DNA of 64,000 bases from an uncultured Flavobacteriaceae bacterium. GTDB taxonomy: Bacteria; Bacteroidota; Bacteroidia; NS11-12g; UBA955. Shown piece by piece: positions 19,195 to 29,041 of this stretch. The notes under the pieces are model-generated. The model worked only from the letters and a program-made list of their open reading frames with translations. It was not told the origin of the DNA and searched no databases. The position numbers were made by a program, and so were the translations under genes. Numbering within the stretch: position 1 is the first letter of the stretch; the number at the start of each line of letters is the position of its first letter. The stretch is from positions 9,023 through 73,022 of the forward strand of contig CAYYXG010000009.1 of assembly GCA_964475595.1 (NCBI GenBank), written 5' to 3'.

Positions 19195-20244
19195 TTGGCC
19201 GCTCTGTTGACTGCCGGAAACAAAGTTTCAGTGGTTTATGTGCGTTATCATGCAAACGGAGGAAACCCTGAAATTGTGAAGCATTCGCAGTCAGGCTTTG
19301 ATGAATATGCCCTGAGTATTCCCCGCAGACATGGATTATTCGCATTTTTTTACCATCAGTTTCAGGTGAAAAAGTTGCTCAACCAATTTTTTGAAATATG
19401 CACTGATGTCAGCCTTGTGCATGTGCAGGTGGGCTGGAAAGCGGCTTGGGATACTGCGTTTTTTCTCAAAAGGAAAGGACTTCCGTGGGTTGTCACCGAG
19501 CACAACACAGATTGGCTGCCGCAGGACAGGCAATATCCGCATTGGAAAAGAATGCTCACTGCATGGACCTTGCGCAGGGCCAATGCCTTAACCGCAGTTT
19601 CAGATAATCTTGCCGATGTGCTTAAGGCCGCCACGGCACAATCGGTAACGGTAATTCCCAATCCGGTTGTTCGTGAATTTTCAAACGCAAACATCATCAT
19701 GCCCCAAAATGCAGGGCTTGTTTTTTTGCATGTATCCAATTTTAATTTATGGCAGAAACAGACTGACACTATCATCAGGGTGTTTTCAAGGTACGTACAG
19801 GAGAATCCAAAAGCCAAACTGCAATTAAATGTACCTGAGATTGCGTTTTTGAAGTTCAAGGAGGCAAACCCTCAATATTGTTGGGAAAACATGGAATGGT
19901 TGTCGCCAGTGACCGATAAAAAAGTTTTAATGCAACGCATGCAAAACGCTGACTTCTTGGTGAGTTATAGCAGGTTTGAAACATTTGGATTGGCAATTGC
20001 CGAGGCGTTGTGTCTGGGTGTTCCGGCTATTTATACCCCCTGCAAAGGTGCAGACATACATATTAACGAAAGAATGGGAATTGCTTGTGATGCCCACAAT
20101 GAGGAAACATTACTAAATGCGATGCGAGACTCTGCCCATTTTTCGGCAGACAGAAACTATATTGCAGGCAAAGCCAGAGCGGTTTTCCATTCGGATGCCG
20201 TATTGGATGCATATGAAGCCTTGTATCAAAAACTGTTGAGATAA
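19195..20244 (+). CDS. glycosyltransferase family 4 (GT1/GT4 fold), N-terminus lacks a canonical start
   Basis: C-domain motifs FETFGLAIAEALCLGVPAI. ORF begins with TTG. In-frame GT-like sequence (HILLYCSWYPTPESPLNGIFCRELAALL) extends upstream to about 19126 with no ATG/GTG/TTG. Confidence 0.7.
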   Translation: MAALLTAGNKVSVVYVRYHANGGNPEIVKHSQSGFDEYALSIPRRHGLFAFFYHQFQVKKLLNQFFEICTDVSLVHVQVGWKAAWDTAFFLKRKGLPWVVTEHNTDWLPQDRQYPHWKRMLTAWTLRRANALTAVSDNLADVLKAATAQSVTVIPNPVVREFSNANIIMPQNAGLVFLHVSNFNLWQKQTDTIIRVFSRYVQENPKAKLQLNVPEIAFLKFKEANPQYCWENMEWLSPVTDKKVLMQRMQNADFLVSYSRFETFGLAIAEALCLGVPAIYTPCKGADIHINERMGIACDAHNEETLLNAMRDSAHFSADRNYIAGKARAVFHSDAVLDAYEALYQKLLR

Positions 20245-20246
20245 TT

Positions 20247-22094
20247 ATGTGTGGAATTGCCGGAATATTCAGTCTAAAGCCAATCGCTGCAAGGGAAATG
20301 GCCAGGATTTGTGCGCAGTTTTCCGAAAATTTGTCGCACCGGGGGCCGGACGATGAGGGCTATGTGCTGATTGATACCCAATGGAAACCCCATGTGTTTG
20401 GAGGTGAGCGTACATTGGCAGAATTGCAATTGCCGCATATAAATTCCGCTACAGGCGACTTTTTGGGCGCATTGGTTCACAGGCGCTTGAGCATAATTAG
20501 TCCGGGTAAGTCCGGCCATCAACCATTGTATGACGAAAATCATGCTCTTAGTTACAATGGTGAGACATTCAATTTTCAAGATCTGGATAAAACACTGGGT
20601 GTCGAAAACCGCAGTCGGACAGATACGGAGACCGTTTTTAATCTGCTGAAAATTAAAGGTCCCGAATCCGTATTTTTATTGGATGGGTTTCATGCAATGG
20701 GATTTGCGGATTTGGGAAAACGCATCCTGCACCTTCGCCGCGATACCACCGGGGTGAAGCCGCTGTTTATTGCGCAGACTGATACGGCCTTTGCTTTTGC
20801 CTCAGAAACCCGTGCTCTGCGAAATTTGTTAAAATCGGTCACTGTGAATCCTCAAGCGGTTTTTCATCATTTATGTGAGGGGTTGTTGTTGCCCGAACAA
20901 GGTTTCTACCATGAAATAATGTCGGTACATGAGGGCTTAGATGTTGATTTACAAAATCTGGAAACAACCCCTGTTTATTACCCGGAAATTGATGAAAAGC
21001 CCAATCATGATTTGAAATCGCAGCTGGAAAACAGTGTGAGAAAACGCCTGATGTCTGATGTGCCGCTCGGATTTGCTGTGAGCGGAGGACTGGATAGTGC
21101 AGCCATTATTGGCCTTGCCAGAAAATCTCTGGGTACTGATGCCCCGCTTTCTTTATTTTCCATAATTTCTTCAGATCCATCATCAGATGAAGCTTTTTGG
21201 CAGCAGCAGGTGGCGGAATATAATCATGCGGAATGGCATCGCTTTGCCATAGAAGATTCCGGATCGCATTTGCTGGAAGAAGTTACCCGCGCCACCGATT
21301 TACCCCCTATTGCATGGAATAACCTGGCGCATTTTGAACTTTGCCGATTGGCAAAATCAAAGGGAGTAACGGTTTTCTTTAATGGGCAGGGTGCCGATGA
21401 GCTATTTGGAGGTTATCCTGATTATTTGTATCGCGATTTCTGGGCATTACAGGGAATTTTTTTGGGTAAAAATCATTTCCCTGTTTCATATAGCAATGCA
21501 TTAACGGAAACCCTGAAGCTTCAGGCCAAAATTTTCTTGCCGTTTCTGGCGAGAAAGATGGCAGTTAATAAAGCTAAAGGGTTGCTAAATGCAGATATGA
21601 TGCGGCATGAACTGTATATACCTCGTTTATCGCATTTGAGCGCCGATCATAAAATGCAGACCGATTTTTATGGTCAGAAATTGAGACAGATGCTTACATG
21701 GGAAGACTTAAACAGCATGGCCCACGGGTTGGAAAGTCGCAATCCTTTCGCCGATGATATGCAGCTGGCAAAATGGCTGAATGTGCAATTGAAGGAAAAA
21801 GTAAAAAATGGTTACACCAAAGGGATTTTGCGCGATGTGCTCAAGGATGTGATGCCCGAAAGCATCCGTTGGCGGGTAGATAAAAAAGGATTTACCGTGC
21901 CGGATGCAAACCTTACTTGGAAAAACCGAAATGCTTGGACTGGATATTTTATGTCGGAAGTTCTGGATCTTTGGTCGCCAAGGGCTCATAGAGAGCGTTT
22001 ATTAAAAAAATTACAGCAAAACGATGAAAACGGCCTGAAGTGGTTGTTTCGGCTTTCGGCAATGTCAGTATTTCTACAGCAATCTAAATCATGA
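20247..22094 (+). CDS. asparagine synthase (glutamine-hydrolysing), AsnB family amidotransferase
   Basis: N-terminal MCGIAGIF Ntn-glutaminase start plus SGGLDS PP-loop. Confidence 0.9.
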   Translation: MCGIAGIFSLKPIAAREMARICAQFSENLSHRGPDDEGYVLIDTQWKPHVFGGERTLAELQLPHINSATGDFLGALVHRRLSIISPGKSGHQPLYDENHALSYNGETFNFQDLDKTLGVENRSRTDTETVFNLLKIKGPESVFLLDGFHAMGFADLGKRILHLRRDTTGVKPLFIAQTDTAFAFASETRALRNLLKSVTVNPQAVFHHLCEGLLLPEQGFYHEIMSVHEGLDVDLQNLETTPVYYPEIDEKPNHDLKSQLENSVRKRLMSDVPLGFAVSGGLDSAAIIGLARKSLGTDAPLSLFSIISSDPSSDEAFWQQQVAEYNHAEWHRFAIEDSGSHLLEEVTRATDLPPIAWNNLAHFELCRLAKSKGVTVFFNGQGADELFGGYPDYLYRDFWALQGIFLGKNHFPVSYSNALTETLKLQAKIFLPFLARKMAVNKAKGLLNADMMRHELYIPRLSHLSADHKMQTDFYGQKLRQMLTWEDLNSMAHGLESRNPFADDMQLAKWLNVQLKEKVKNGYTKGILRDVLKDVMPESIRWRVDKKGFTVPDANLTWKNRNAWTGYFMSEVLDLWSPRAHRERLLKKLQQNDENGLKWLFRLSAMSVFLQQSKS

Positions 22095-23365
22095 GCAAAA
22101 GCAGCGCGCTCAATACCTTTATAAGTCAGTTGCTTAGAACCATACTTGCAGCTGTATTTGTGGTGCTATGTTCGCGCTGGATGGGGCCGGAGGGCAGGGG
22201 AGAGCTGGGTCTGATTCTGTTCTGGGTAGGGCTGTTGGCCACAGGCAGCGATTATGTGGGAGGAAGCAATTTGGCTAATGCGATGCAGCGAAATCCTCTG
22301 GCTTCCGTATTCCCGGTGAGTGTTTTATGGTCATGCGTTATTGTCCTAATGGGTTTTGCCGGCTTAAGTTACTTCTTTGGTTTATCGCTTGCGTGGAAAG
22401 TTGCCTCCCTGGCATTACCCTTGCTATTGTTGAGTATTTTGTACAATGTACAACAGGGCTTGGCGCTTGTTCGTCAGCGAAATAGACTACAATTATTGCT
22501 GGAAGTATTGAAGTTGTTGCTATTATTATTGTTTGTTAATACCACTCTTTCATCAAGTGTTTCTGTTTCTTCGGTCATTACCTCAATGGTTCTTGCTTAC
22601 GGGGTGGTTTTGACATTGGCCACCGGCTTGCTCAATCAGGTAATTGGTCAGGCGCTAAAAAGCAGACAAAGCCCTCCCAAAGATCTTTTCACCAATGGGT
22701 TTTGGAGTCAGAACGGCCATTTGGCGCAGTTTCTGGCATATCGCCTTAGTTTATATACACTTACCTATTTGCTGGGACATCATGCAGCGGCGGGTATATA
22801 TGCCAACGCATTACTGATAGCAGATGCCATCTGGATTTTTGCCAACAGTTTTGGTACCATCGCCCACGTTAGGATATTGCGCAGTAAAAACGAAAATTTC
22901 AAGGCAGATATCACCCTGCGTTATGCGATTTTTGCATTGGTGGGCACTTTACTTGCCTGTTTATTGCTGGCCATGTTGCCCACTCGGGTTTTTGTATGGG
23001 TGTTTGGTATCGGTTTTGAAAACCTCAAAGACACTACATTGCTGCTTATTCCGGCCATCTTAGCGGTGGCTGCGTCTAGTTTATTTAGCCATTATTTGCA
23101 TGCGGTAAACAGATTTAAAGCACTATTTTTTGCCAATGTATGCGGACTTATTCTTCAGACAGTCATGGGCTTTTGGCTGATTCCCCGCTGGGGCGTTTAT
23201 GGTGCTTGCCTGGCAGCCGATGTGGGTTTTATCCTTACGTTTTTATTAGTCTACGGTTTTTTCAAATCCCAGAATCCCCATGCACGCTTAAAAGGTAAAA
23301 TTCGTTTCAGACTTTTACTGAAAGTTTGTATGCGGATTGTAAAGGGACGATCTGCCAGTCTATAG
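22091..23365 (+). CDS. oligosaccharide flippase (Wzx/MOP superfamily) membrane protein
   Basis: 424 aa, about 12 predicted TM helices, ATGA overlap with the AsnB-like gene. Confidence 0.65.
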   Translation: MSKSSALNTFISQLLRTILAAVFVVLCSRWMGPEGRGELGLILFWVGLLATGSDYVGGSNLANAMQRNPLASVFPVSVLWSCVIVLMGFAGLSYFFGLSLAWKVASLALPLLLLSILYNVQQGLALVRQRNRLQLLLEVLKLLLLLLFVNTTLSSSVSVSSVITSMVLAYGVVLTLATGLLNQVIGQALKSRQSPPKDLFTNGFWSQNGHLAQFLAYRLSLYTLTYLLGHHAAAGIYANALLIADAIWIFANSFGTIAHVRILRSKNENFKADITLRYAIFALVGTLLACLLLAMLPTRVFVWVFGIGFENLKDTTLLLIPAILAVAASSLFSHYLHAVNRFKALFFANVCGLILQTVMGFWLIPRWGVYGACLAADVGFILTFLLVYGFFKSQNPHARLKGKIRFRLLLKVCMRIVKGRSASL

Positions 23366-23992
23366 CAATTCGTGTATCCAAACCGCTACGTGCCCGTCAA
23401 AAATGGCATACTCCATGATAAAATCCTGTTGTATACCGGGCTTGTGGAAGGAAGCGGAAAACCTGCCGGAATCGCCTGTCTCGAAAGGTCCAACCGTCAT
23501 ATGTTTTTTAAAATCCACTTCCTTTTTGCCATACCATTTATAGAGACTTTCTTTGGCGCCCCAAATAATTAAAAGGGAGATGCTATGGTGGGTTTTGCGG
23601 ATGTTGGATTTATCATCAACATTGCAAAATTTATCTTCTATTCTGAGGATTTTGGGACCTTGCGTTTCAATGTCAATACCGGTAGGACCGTTTTCGTCGA
23701 TGACAGCAGCAGCAAAGTTTCCACTGTGGCTGATACTTAGGTGCGGTGTACCTCCTTCAAAATGGGGTTTTCCCACCTCATCTTTGGTTAGTTTTCCTTC
23801 GGGAACAAGCGTGCGAAGCAGCAACCTGCTGCTTAGATAGTGCAATCTTTTGTTGGCATGTATTCCCTCTAAAAAAACAATCTCATCTGCCGTTGGGTCG
23901 TACATTTGTAAAAGCGTTTCTTCGTCCTCGGTAATTTGCCAAAAGGCAATTTTTTTACCGGGCTGTGGAAACATCAGACGATCCAACGGCAT
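23360..23992 (-). CDS. 4'-phosphopantetheinyl transferase (Sfp/EntD type)
   Basis: GTGIDIE and WGAKESLYK motifs. Start placed at internal ATG (MPLDRLMF); the ORF could extend to 24031. Confidence 0.8.
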   Translation of the reverse strand: MPLDRLMFPQPGKKIAFWQITEDEETLLQMYDPTADEIVFLEGIHANKRLHYLSSRLLLRTLVPEGKLTKDEVGKPHFEGGTPHLSISHSGNFAAAVIDENGPTGIDIETQGPKILRIEDKFCNVDDKSNIRKTHHSISLLIIWGAKESLYKWYGKKEVDFKKHMTVGPFETGDSGRFSASFHKPGIQQDFIMEYAIFDGHVAVWIHELL

Positions 23993-24881
23993 GACTGCGA
24001 AATTACAGGTAAAGCACCTCAAAACATACACCGGGCATCAATCGGCGATATATGCTTTGTGTTCGGATGGTGAGGGCGGTTTTTTTTCTGCCGGAGGCGA
24101 CGGAATGTTGGTGAGATGGAACCCGGAAAAGCAGGATGGTGTTTTGGTAGCCCGCATACCCGACAATGTGTACTGTCTGGCTTTTGATGAAACAAGGGGA
24201 ACATTGCTGGCCGGAACGCGTAAAGGCGAACTTTTTGTTATTACGGATATTTTGTCCACCACACCCATTGTCAAAAGGTTTGAGGCCCATGTGAAAGGGT
24301 TATACAAATTAATGGTTACCGTTGACGGGTACGTTTCGTCGGGGGGCGATGGCCATATTTTGTTTTGGGACAGGCAGTTTCAAGTTGTTGGAAAAATTAA
24401 TAATTCACTGGAATGTACGCGGGCACTGTGTTATGATCATGAGTACAATCTGTGGGCAGGCAGCAGCGATAATGCCATCAGGATTTACAACAGGGATTTA
24501 CAGCTTCAGACAACTCGAAGCGGCCATACGAATAGTGTTTTTTGTATAACGGCCATACCTGGGGGGAAAGTCATCAGCGGTGGTAGGGATGCCCAATTAA
24601 AACTGTGGAGTAAATCCGAAGCGCCTGAAACAAGCATTTCAGCTCACCTACTTCACATTCATGCCATTCAATTACAACCATCTGAGCGTTTGGTGGCCAC
24701 TGCAAGCATGGATAAAACGGTGAAAATTTGGGATGCCGGGACTTTGGATTTATTGAAGGTGCTGGATAAGGACAAGTTGCCATTTCATAAGGCCTCTGTG
24801 AACACGTTGTTATGGCTTGATGACCATACGCTAGCAAGTGCAGGTGATGATAAGTTGGTGTTTGTTTTTGAGGTTGGGTAA
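23991..24881 (+). CDS. WD40 repeat protein
   Basis: Repeated GH...WD/W units (MLVRWN, ILFWDRQ, LKLWSK, VKIWDAG). Start at internal ATG MTAKLQVKHL. Confidence 0.8.
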   Translation: MTAKLQVKHLKTYTGHQSAIYALCSDGEGGFFSAGGDGMLVRWNPEKQDGVLVARIPDNVYCLAFDETRGTLLAGTRKGELFVITDILSTTPIVKRFEAHVKGLYKLMVTVDGYVSSGGDGHILFWDRQFQVVGKINNSLECTRALCYDHEYNLWAGSSDNAIRIYNRDLQLQTTRSGHTNSVFCITAIPGGKVISGGRDAQLKLWSKSEAPETSISAHLLHIHAIQLQPSERLVATASMDKTVKIWDAGTLDLLKVLDKDKLPFHKASVNTLLWLDDHTLASAGDDKLVFVFEVG

Positions 24882-24945
24882 TGTTTTTACAGGAAAAAAT
24901 AGGCAGACTTATTAATTTACAATTTATAAAGTATATTTTTGCTTT

Positions 24946-25365
24946 ATGAAAATCTTTTTTTTTATAATTACTATTACTTTTATGGTGTTTGGCTGTAGCA
25001 CATTATCTAAAAACGGCGTTTTACTAAATCCTGATATTGTCGCTATTCCAGATACTTTAAGGACTCACTTGGATATAGATACTTCAAGAAAATTGGAAGG
25101 GATTAGCACTAAAAAGAAATTTATAGGTTTTACCATTGAGAGACCAAGTGAATTCTGCACATATTCCGAAATAAACAAGTATGGAAATAATGGCCTTCTT
25201 CACCAGGATTTGCGCGAGGCGGCTGTGTTCAATGCTTTATTGGGAACAAAATATGATATTTTAGTAATGCCCAAATTTGTAACGTACTCTACAAGATCAA
25301 TTTTCGGAAGTAAGATAGTAGTTAAAGTTACAGGCTATGGTGCACATCAATACATAACTAAATAA
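24946..25365 (+). CDS. hypothetical lipoprotein (AT-rich island gene 1)
   Basis: Lipobox VFGCSTLS; about 28 % GC. Confidence 0.5.
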   Translation: MKIFFFIITITFMVFGCSTLSKNGVLLNPDIVAIPDTLRTHLDIDTSRKLEGISTKKKFIGFTIERPSEFCTYSEINKYGNNGLLHQDLREAAVFNALLGTKYDILVMPKFVTYSTRSIFGSKIVVKVTGYGAHQYITK

Positions 25366-26999
25366 TGCGAAAGTTTGTCATTGTTCTTCTGGTTTTGAGT
25401 TTATTGTTAGTGCCAAATTTGAGCCATGCTCAAAAATTTATTTCGGATTATTTTTACGGTATAAAACATTCAAAGACGGATTCAATACTTCTTCAATTCA
25501 AGCCTAATCATAAAGATTTAATCATTGGGACACGATTTTCTAAAGGTAATGACGATTCAGATACTCTTATTATTTCACTAAATAACGAAAGTAAATATAA
25601 TATTCTTAGAAGGTTAAAGGGTGTTGTTTACAGCATTAGTCAAAATTATAATTCAGGGGCGTTTATTATTGATAGTATTAAACCTCTAGAAAATATTACG
25701 CTTAAATTTAAAATTTCTAAATCATCTGATTCATTATATCTTTTTTTAAGTGATTTTTCTAATGGAATTCGCAAACATTATTGTGGTAATGTAAACAATG
25801 AGGAGCCCAAAAAACAAGAAGATTTAGGTTTAAATGCTATTAGTTTTCAAAGAATCGAAATTGACGATTCAAGTTTAGTAGCTCAAATTCCCGTTAAAGC
25901 ATACAAGGTTGATGGTAAATTTCAATCAGGAGAAAAAGTACTCCTGAAATTTATTTATAAATTGAATGATTTAGCTTATCCTATTAGTAATATGAGGTTA
26001 AAAGTGACTGCGGAAAGCCATAATATTTCATTTATTCCTATCAAGCATCAGGTGTCAAATCCAAAGGCAGGTCAGCAATTAAGTTTTATTTATCAATGTG
26101 TTGCATCTGAAAACCTAAAAACTATACCGGTAGAATTGGAGCTTTCTGTAAATGGTAAACAATATAAAAAAGAGGTAGAAACTATAATTAACTCTAATGT
26201 TATTAAGACTGAAAACACCATTATTGCTCAAGAAGAAAGAAATATTGAATTAAATTTCAAGGAGAATATTTTGCAATTGAGTTTCAGGCTGCCACCAATA
26301 TCTTGGAATCAGTCGTACGAATTTAGATTAGATTATAATTTTGATAACAGTCAATATAAAGCTTATTATTTTAAATCAAATAGCTCCCAAGGGATAATAA
26401 GAGAAGTGGGTGTATCTGAAGAAAAATTTGTTAAGTATAACTTGTCTTACAAAAAGATAACTAATAATGACATTTTTAAAGGCTTAGTGTTTTGTTTAAC
26501 ACCTTCATACAGTAATCTTAGTCATATATCAAATTATAAATACGGATTTAGGCTTATTAGGGCAACAGATATTGGTTATTACATTGAAGCAAATACTACT
26601 CTTAATTTTCAAGAAGGAGATTATAATTACAATATTTTAACGAAAGAAATGCAAAATTTTGATAGTTACAAAAGCTATTATGAGTTTAAAAATGGATTGA
26701 GAGTTTTGTCAAGGGACATAGGTGCAGGACTCGTGTATCGTCCTTCTAAAAATTTATTGCTTCAATTAGGGATGTCTTATTATACGTTTAAAGTTAAGCA
26801 AAAAATTGATGTGATTGATTACGGAAATGAAATTGAATACATAAGCAAATATGCAACATTGTTAGATTATGATCTTAAAAAATTAGTCGTTAAGTCATCT
26901 ATTTGTTACATCTGGAACAGTACAATATTGGGCATAAGCTTCTCAAACTATGATAGCAATCAATTCAGACCGTCAATTAATATTGGGAAAAAACTATAA
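25365..26999 (+). CDS. hypothetical secreted beta-rich protein, possible OM beta-barrel (island gene 2)
   Basis: SPI signal peptide (LVPNLSHAQKF). C-terminal about 180 aa show an amphipathic beta-strand pattern. ATGA overlap with gene 1. Confidence 0.5.
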   Translation: MRKFVIVLLVLSLLLVPNLSHAQKFISDYFYGIKHSKTDSILLQFKPNHKDLIIGTRFSKGNDDSDTLIISLNNESKYNILRRLKGVVYSISQNYNSGAFIIDSIKPLENITLKFKISKSSDSLYLFLSDFSNGIRKHYCGNVNNEEPKKQEDLGLNAISFQRIEIDDSSLVAQIPVKAYKVDGKFQSGEKVLLKFIYKLNDLAYPISNMRLKVTAESHNISFIPIKHQVSNPKAGQQLSFIYQCVASENLKTIPVELELSVNGKQYKKEVETIINSNVIKTENTIIAQEERNIELNFKENILQLSFRLPPISWNQSYEFRLDYNFDNSQYKAYYFKSNSSQGIIREVGVSEEKFVKYNLSYKKITNNDIFKGLVFCLTPSYSNLSHISNYKYGFRLIRATDIGYYIEANTTLNFQEGDYNYNILTKEMQNFDSYKSYYEFKNGLRVLSRDIGAGLVYRPSKNLLLQLGMSYYTFKVKQKIDVIDYGNEIEYISKYATLLDYDLKKLVVKSSICYIWNSTILGISFSNYDSNQFRPSINIGKKL

Positions 27000-27001
27000 A
27001 A

Positions 27002-28084
27002 ATGAAAATAAAATCAGAATGTAATATATTTTTCTTGTTGTGTGTTTTATCACTCTTCGGGGTAAGCTTATTGTTGTGGGCATGCAAAGAGAAGGACTAT
27101 GGAGTAAAAGGATCAAATTTCAAGAATCAAGACCCTCCGCTACTGAATTGGGGAATGTTTGAACAAGGAGATACATTCGTGAAAATCAGATATGATTTCA
27201 TGTCTTTTGGTTCGAGAGTAATAAAAAAGGTTGATTTTCTTTATTCGGTTGACTCCTCGCTTGAAAATAATATTTTTTTAATATCTAATTTGGATTTTTT
27301 AAATTCAAGTAATGAATTTACAATAAAACCTATTAATCCTCAGAACAAGTATTGGGGGAAATTCATTATATATACGGATATTGATTCATTTCATTTCGGT
27401 GTAAAATTACTAATGGATAATCAAAAATATTTTTTAACATTATTCGGAAAAGATTTAATTGCCTGGTATCCTTTTGATGGCGACGCAAAAGATTACAGTG
27501 GTTTCGATAATCATGGCGTTCTAACAGGTGTAACCTTGGATGCAGATCGTGATAACCAAGCTAATAGATGCTATAGATTTAATGGGTCTAATTCTTATAT
27601 TCAAATTCCACATAATCCTATCTTTAATGTAGATGACTTTACAATAGCCATGTGGTTTAATGCAGCTGATTATACCGATGGTAATCAAGGTAATCAAAGA
27701 ATCCTCATTAGCAAACGCGAAGGCAGTGGGTGGGGAAATTCTTTTGAAAGTGTTTTAACTACAAATGGATTAAATGGTTTTGGTGTGAATTGGACACTTT
27801 CCAATACCGGAAATGGGTACTTTTGTTACTTTAACAATAATTTAAAGCAATCAACTTGGTATTTTATGACTTATGTTCATAAAACTGATTCCGCGCATCT
27901 GTTTTTGAACGGTATGAAAGTTGCTTCAATAGTTACTGGGAGAACGTTGAATTACAATACACTGCCCATTACGATTGGACAGAGAGGCAATGGTTTATCT
28001 AAATTTAGGGGCTTGTTAGATAATGTTACAATCTGGAGTCGTGCCTTGACAAATAATGAAATAAAATCTTTATATTTATTTTAA
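27002..28084 (+). CDS. LamG/concanavalin-A-like domain lipoprotein (island gene 3)
   Basis: Lipobox LLLWACKEK. C-terminal LamG_3-like block YPFDGDAKDYSG...NSYIQIP...FTIAMWF...LDNVTIWSRALTNNEIKSLY. Confidence 0.6.
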   Translation: MKIKSECNIFFLLCVLSLFGVSLLLWACKEKDYGVKGSNFKNQDPPLLNWGMFEQGDTFVKIRYDFMSFGSRVIKKVDFLYSVDSSLENNIFLISNLDFLNSSNEFTIKPINPQNKYWGKFIIYTDIDSFHFGVKLLMDNQKYFLTLFGKDLIAWYPFDGDAKDYSGFDNHGVLTGVTLDADRDNQANRCYRFNGSNSYIQIPHNPIFNVDDFTIAMWFNAADYTDGNQGNQRILISKREGSGWGNSFESVLTTNGLNGFGVNWTLSNTGNGYFCYFNNNLKQSTWYFMTYVHKTDSAHLFLNGMKVASIVTGRTLNYNTLPITIGQRGNGLSKFRGLLDNVTIWSRALTNNEIKSLYLF

Positions 28085-28109
28085 CCATACATGTATTTTT
28101 TAAAAATTA

Positions 28110-28946
28110 TTATTTAACTTTTCGTATACCGTTTGGAGTAATGTCAATTTTTCGTGCCTTATATAGGGTTCCCACGGCCTTTTTCCAGGCTTTTTTGCTC
28201 ATGCCGAATCGTTCGTAAATATCTTCAGGGCTGCTATTATCCGTGAGCCCGATATATCCGTTATTTTCCCTCAGGGTCTGTAAAATTCGTTCGGCCATAT
28301 CATCCACGTGGGCCATACCGCTTTTTTGCAATGCTAGGTCGGTTTTGCCATCAGGGCGAATATGCTTGATGTATCCTGTAATTTTATCGCCGGTTGTTAA
28401 GGGCTGAAAAACTTCGTTGGAATAAATGATACCGCTGTGTTCTTTGCCGATGATGGCATTGTAACCCAGGGGTGTTTTATTCCAGATGAGCAGTTCAACG
28501 GCATCGCCTTCCTCGAATGGCAACGGAGTTTTATTTAAATATTTGCTGATTTTGGCGGTTGCAGCAAGGCGTTCAGATACTTTATCAAAATAGACATAAA
28601 CCACATATTTCTTACCACGAATCATTGGGACATTTTGTTCGCGCACGGGCACCAGCAGGTCTTTCAGCAAGCCCCAGTCCATGAATGCCCCAAAGTGCGT
28701 GGTGGATTTACATGTGAGGGCAGCAAACTCGCCAAGCTGCACAAAAGGTTTTTCAGTGGTGGCCACGATTCTATCGTCTGAGTCATAATATACAAAGACA
28801 TCTACCATGTCGTCCGGTGCCGCATGGGGGGGCAGATACTTACCGGGCATCAGGATTTCGCCACCATCTCCATCATCGAGAAAAGCACCAAAATCTACGA
28901 GGCGGTTTATTTTTAAATGGTTGTATTTGCCCGGAGTGGCTTTCAT
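28110..28946 (-). CDS. cvfB: CvfB family S1-domain RNA-binding protein
   Basis: YNHLKINRLVDFGAFLDDGDGGEILMP plus further S1-like repeats and a C-terminal winged-helix region. Confidence 0.7.
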   Translation of the reverse strand: MKATPGKYNHLKINRLVDFGAFLDDGDGGEILMPGKYLPPHAAPDDMVDVFVYYDSDDRIVATTEKPFVQLGEFAALTCKSTTHFGAFMDWGLLKDLLVPVREQNVPMIRGKKYVVYVYFDKVSERLAATAKISKYLNKTPLPFEEGDAVELLIWNKTPLGYNAIIGKEHSGIIYSNEVFQPLTTGDKITGYIKHIRPDGKTDLALQKSGMAHVDDMAERILQTLRENNGYIGLTDNSSPEDIYERFGMSKKAWKKAVGTLYKARKIDITPNGIRKVK

Positions 28947-29041
28947 GGTGCAAAGCTACGCATGAATGCACGCATTTGGGTATTTGTCCACAAAACACCC
29001 ACCCTGATTGCCCTTCGGTAATCAATGTATATTTTCGCTCC

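Noticed and set aside
22824-23063. 79-aa internal ORF within the flippase gene and similar short nested ORFs throughout
   Set aside because: They lie in alternative frames of well-supported CDSs and lack independent signals.
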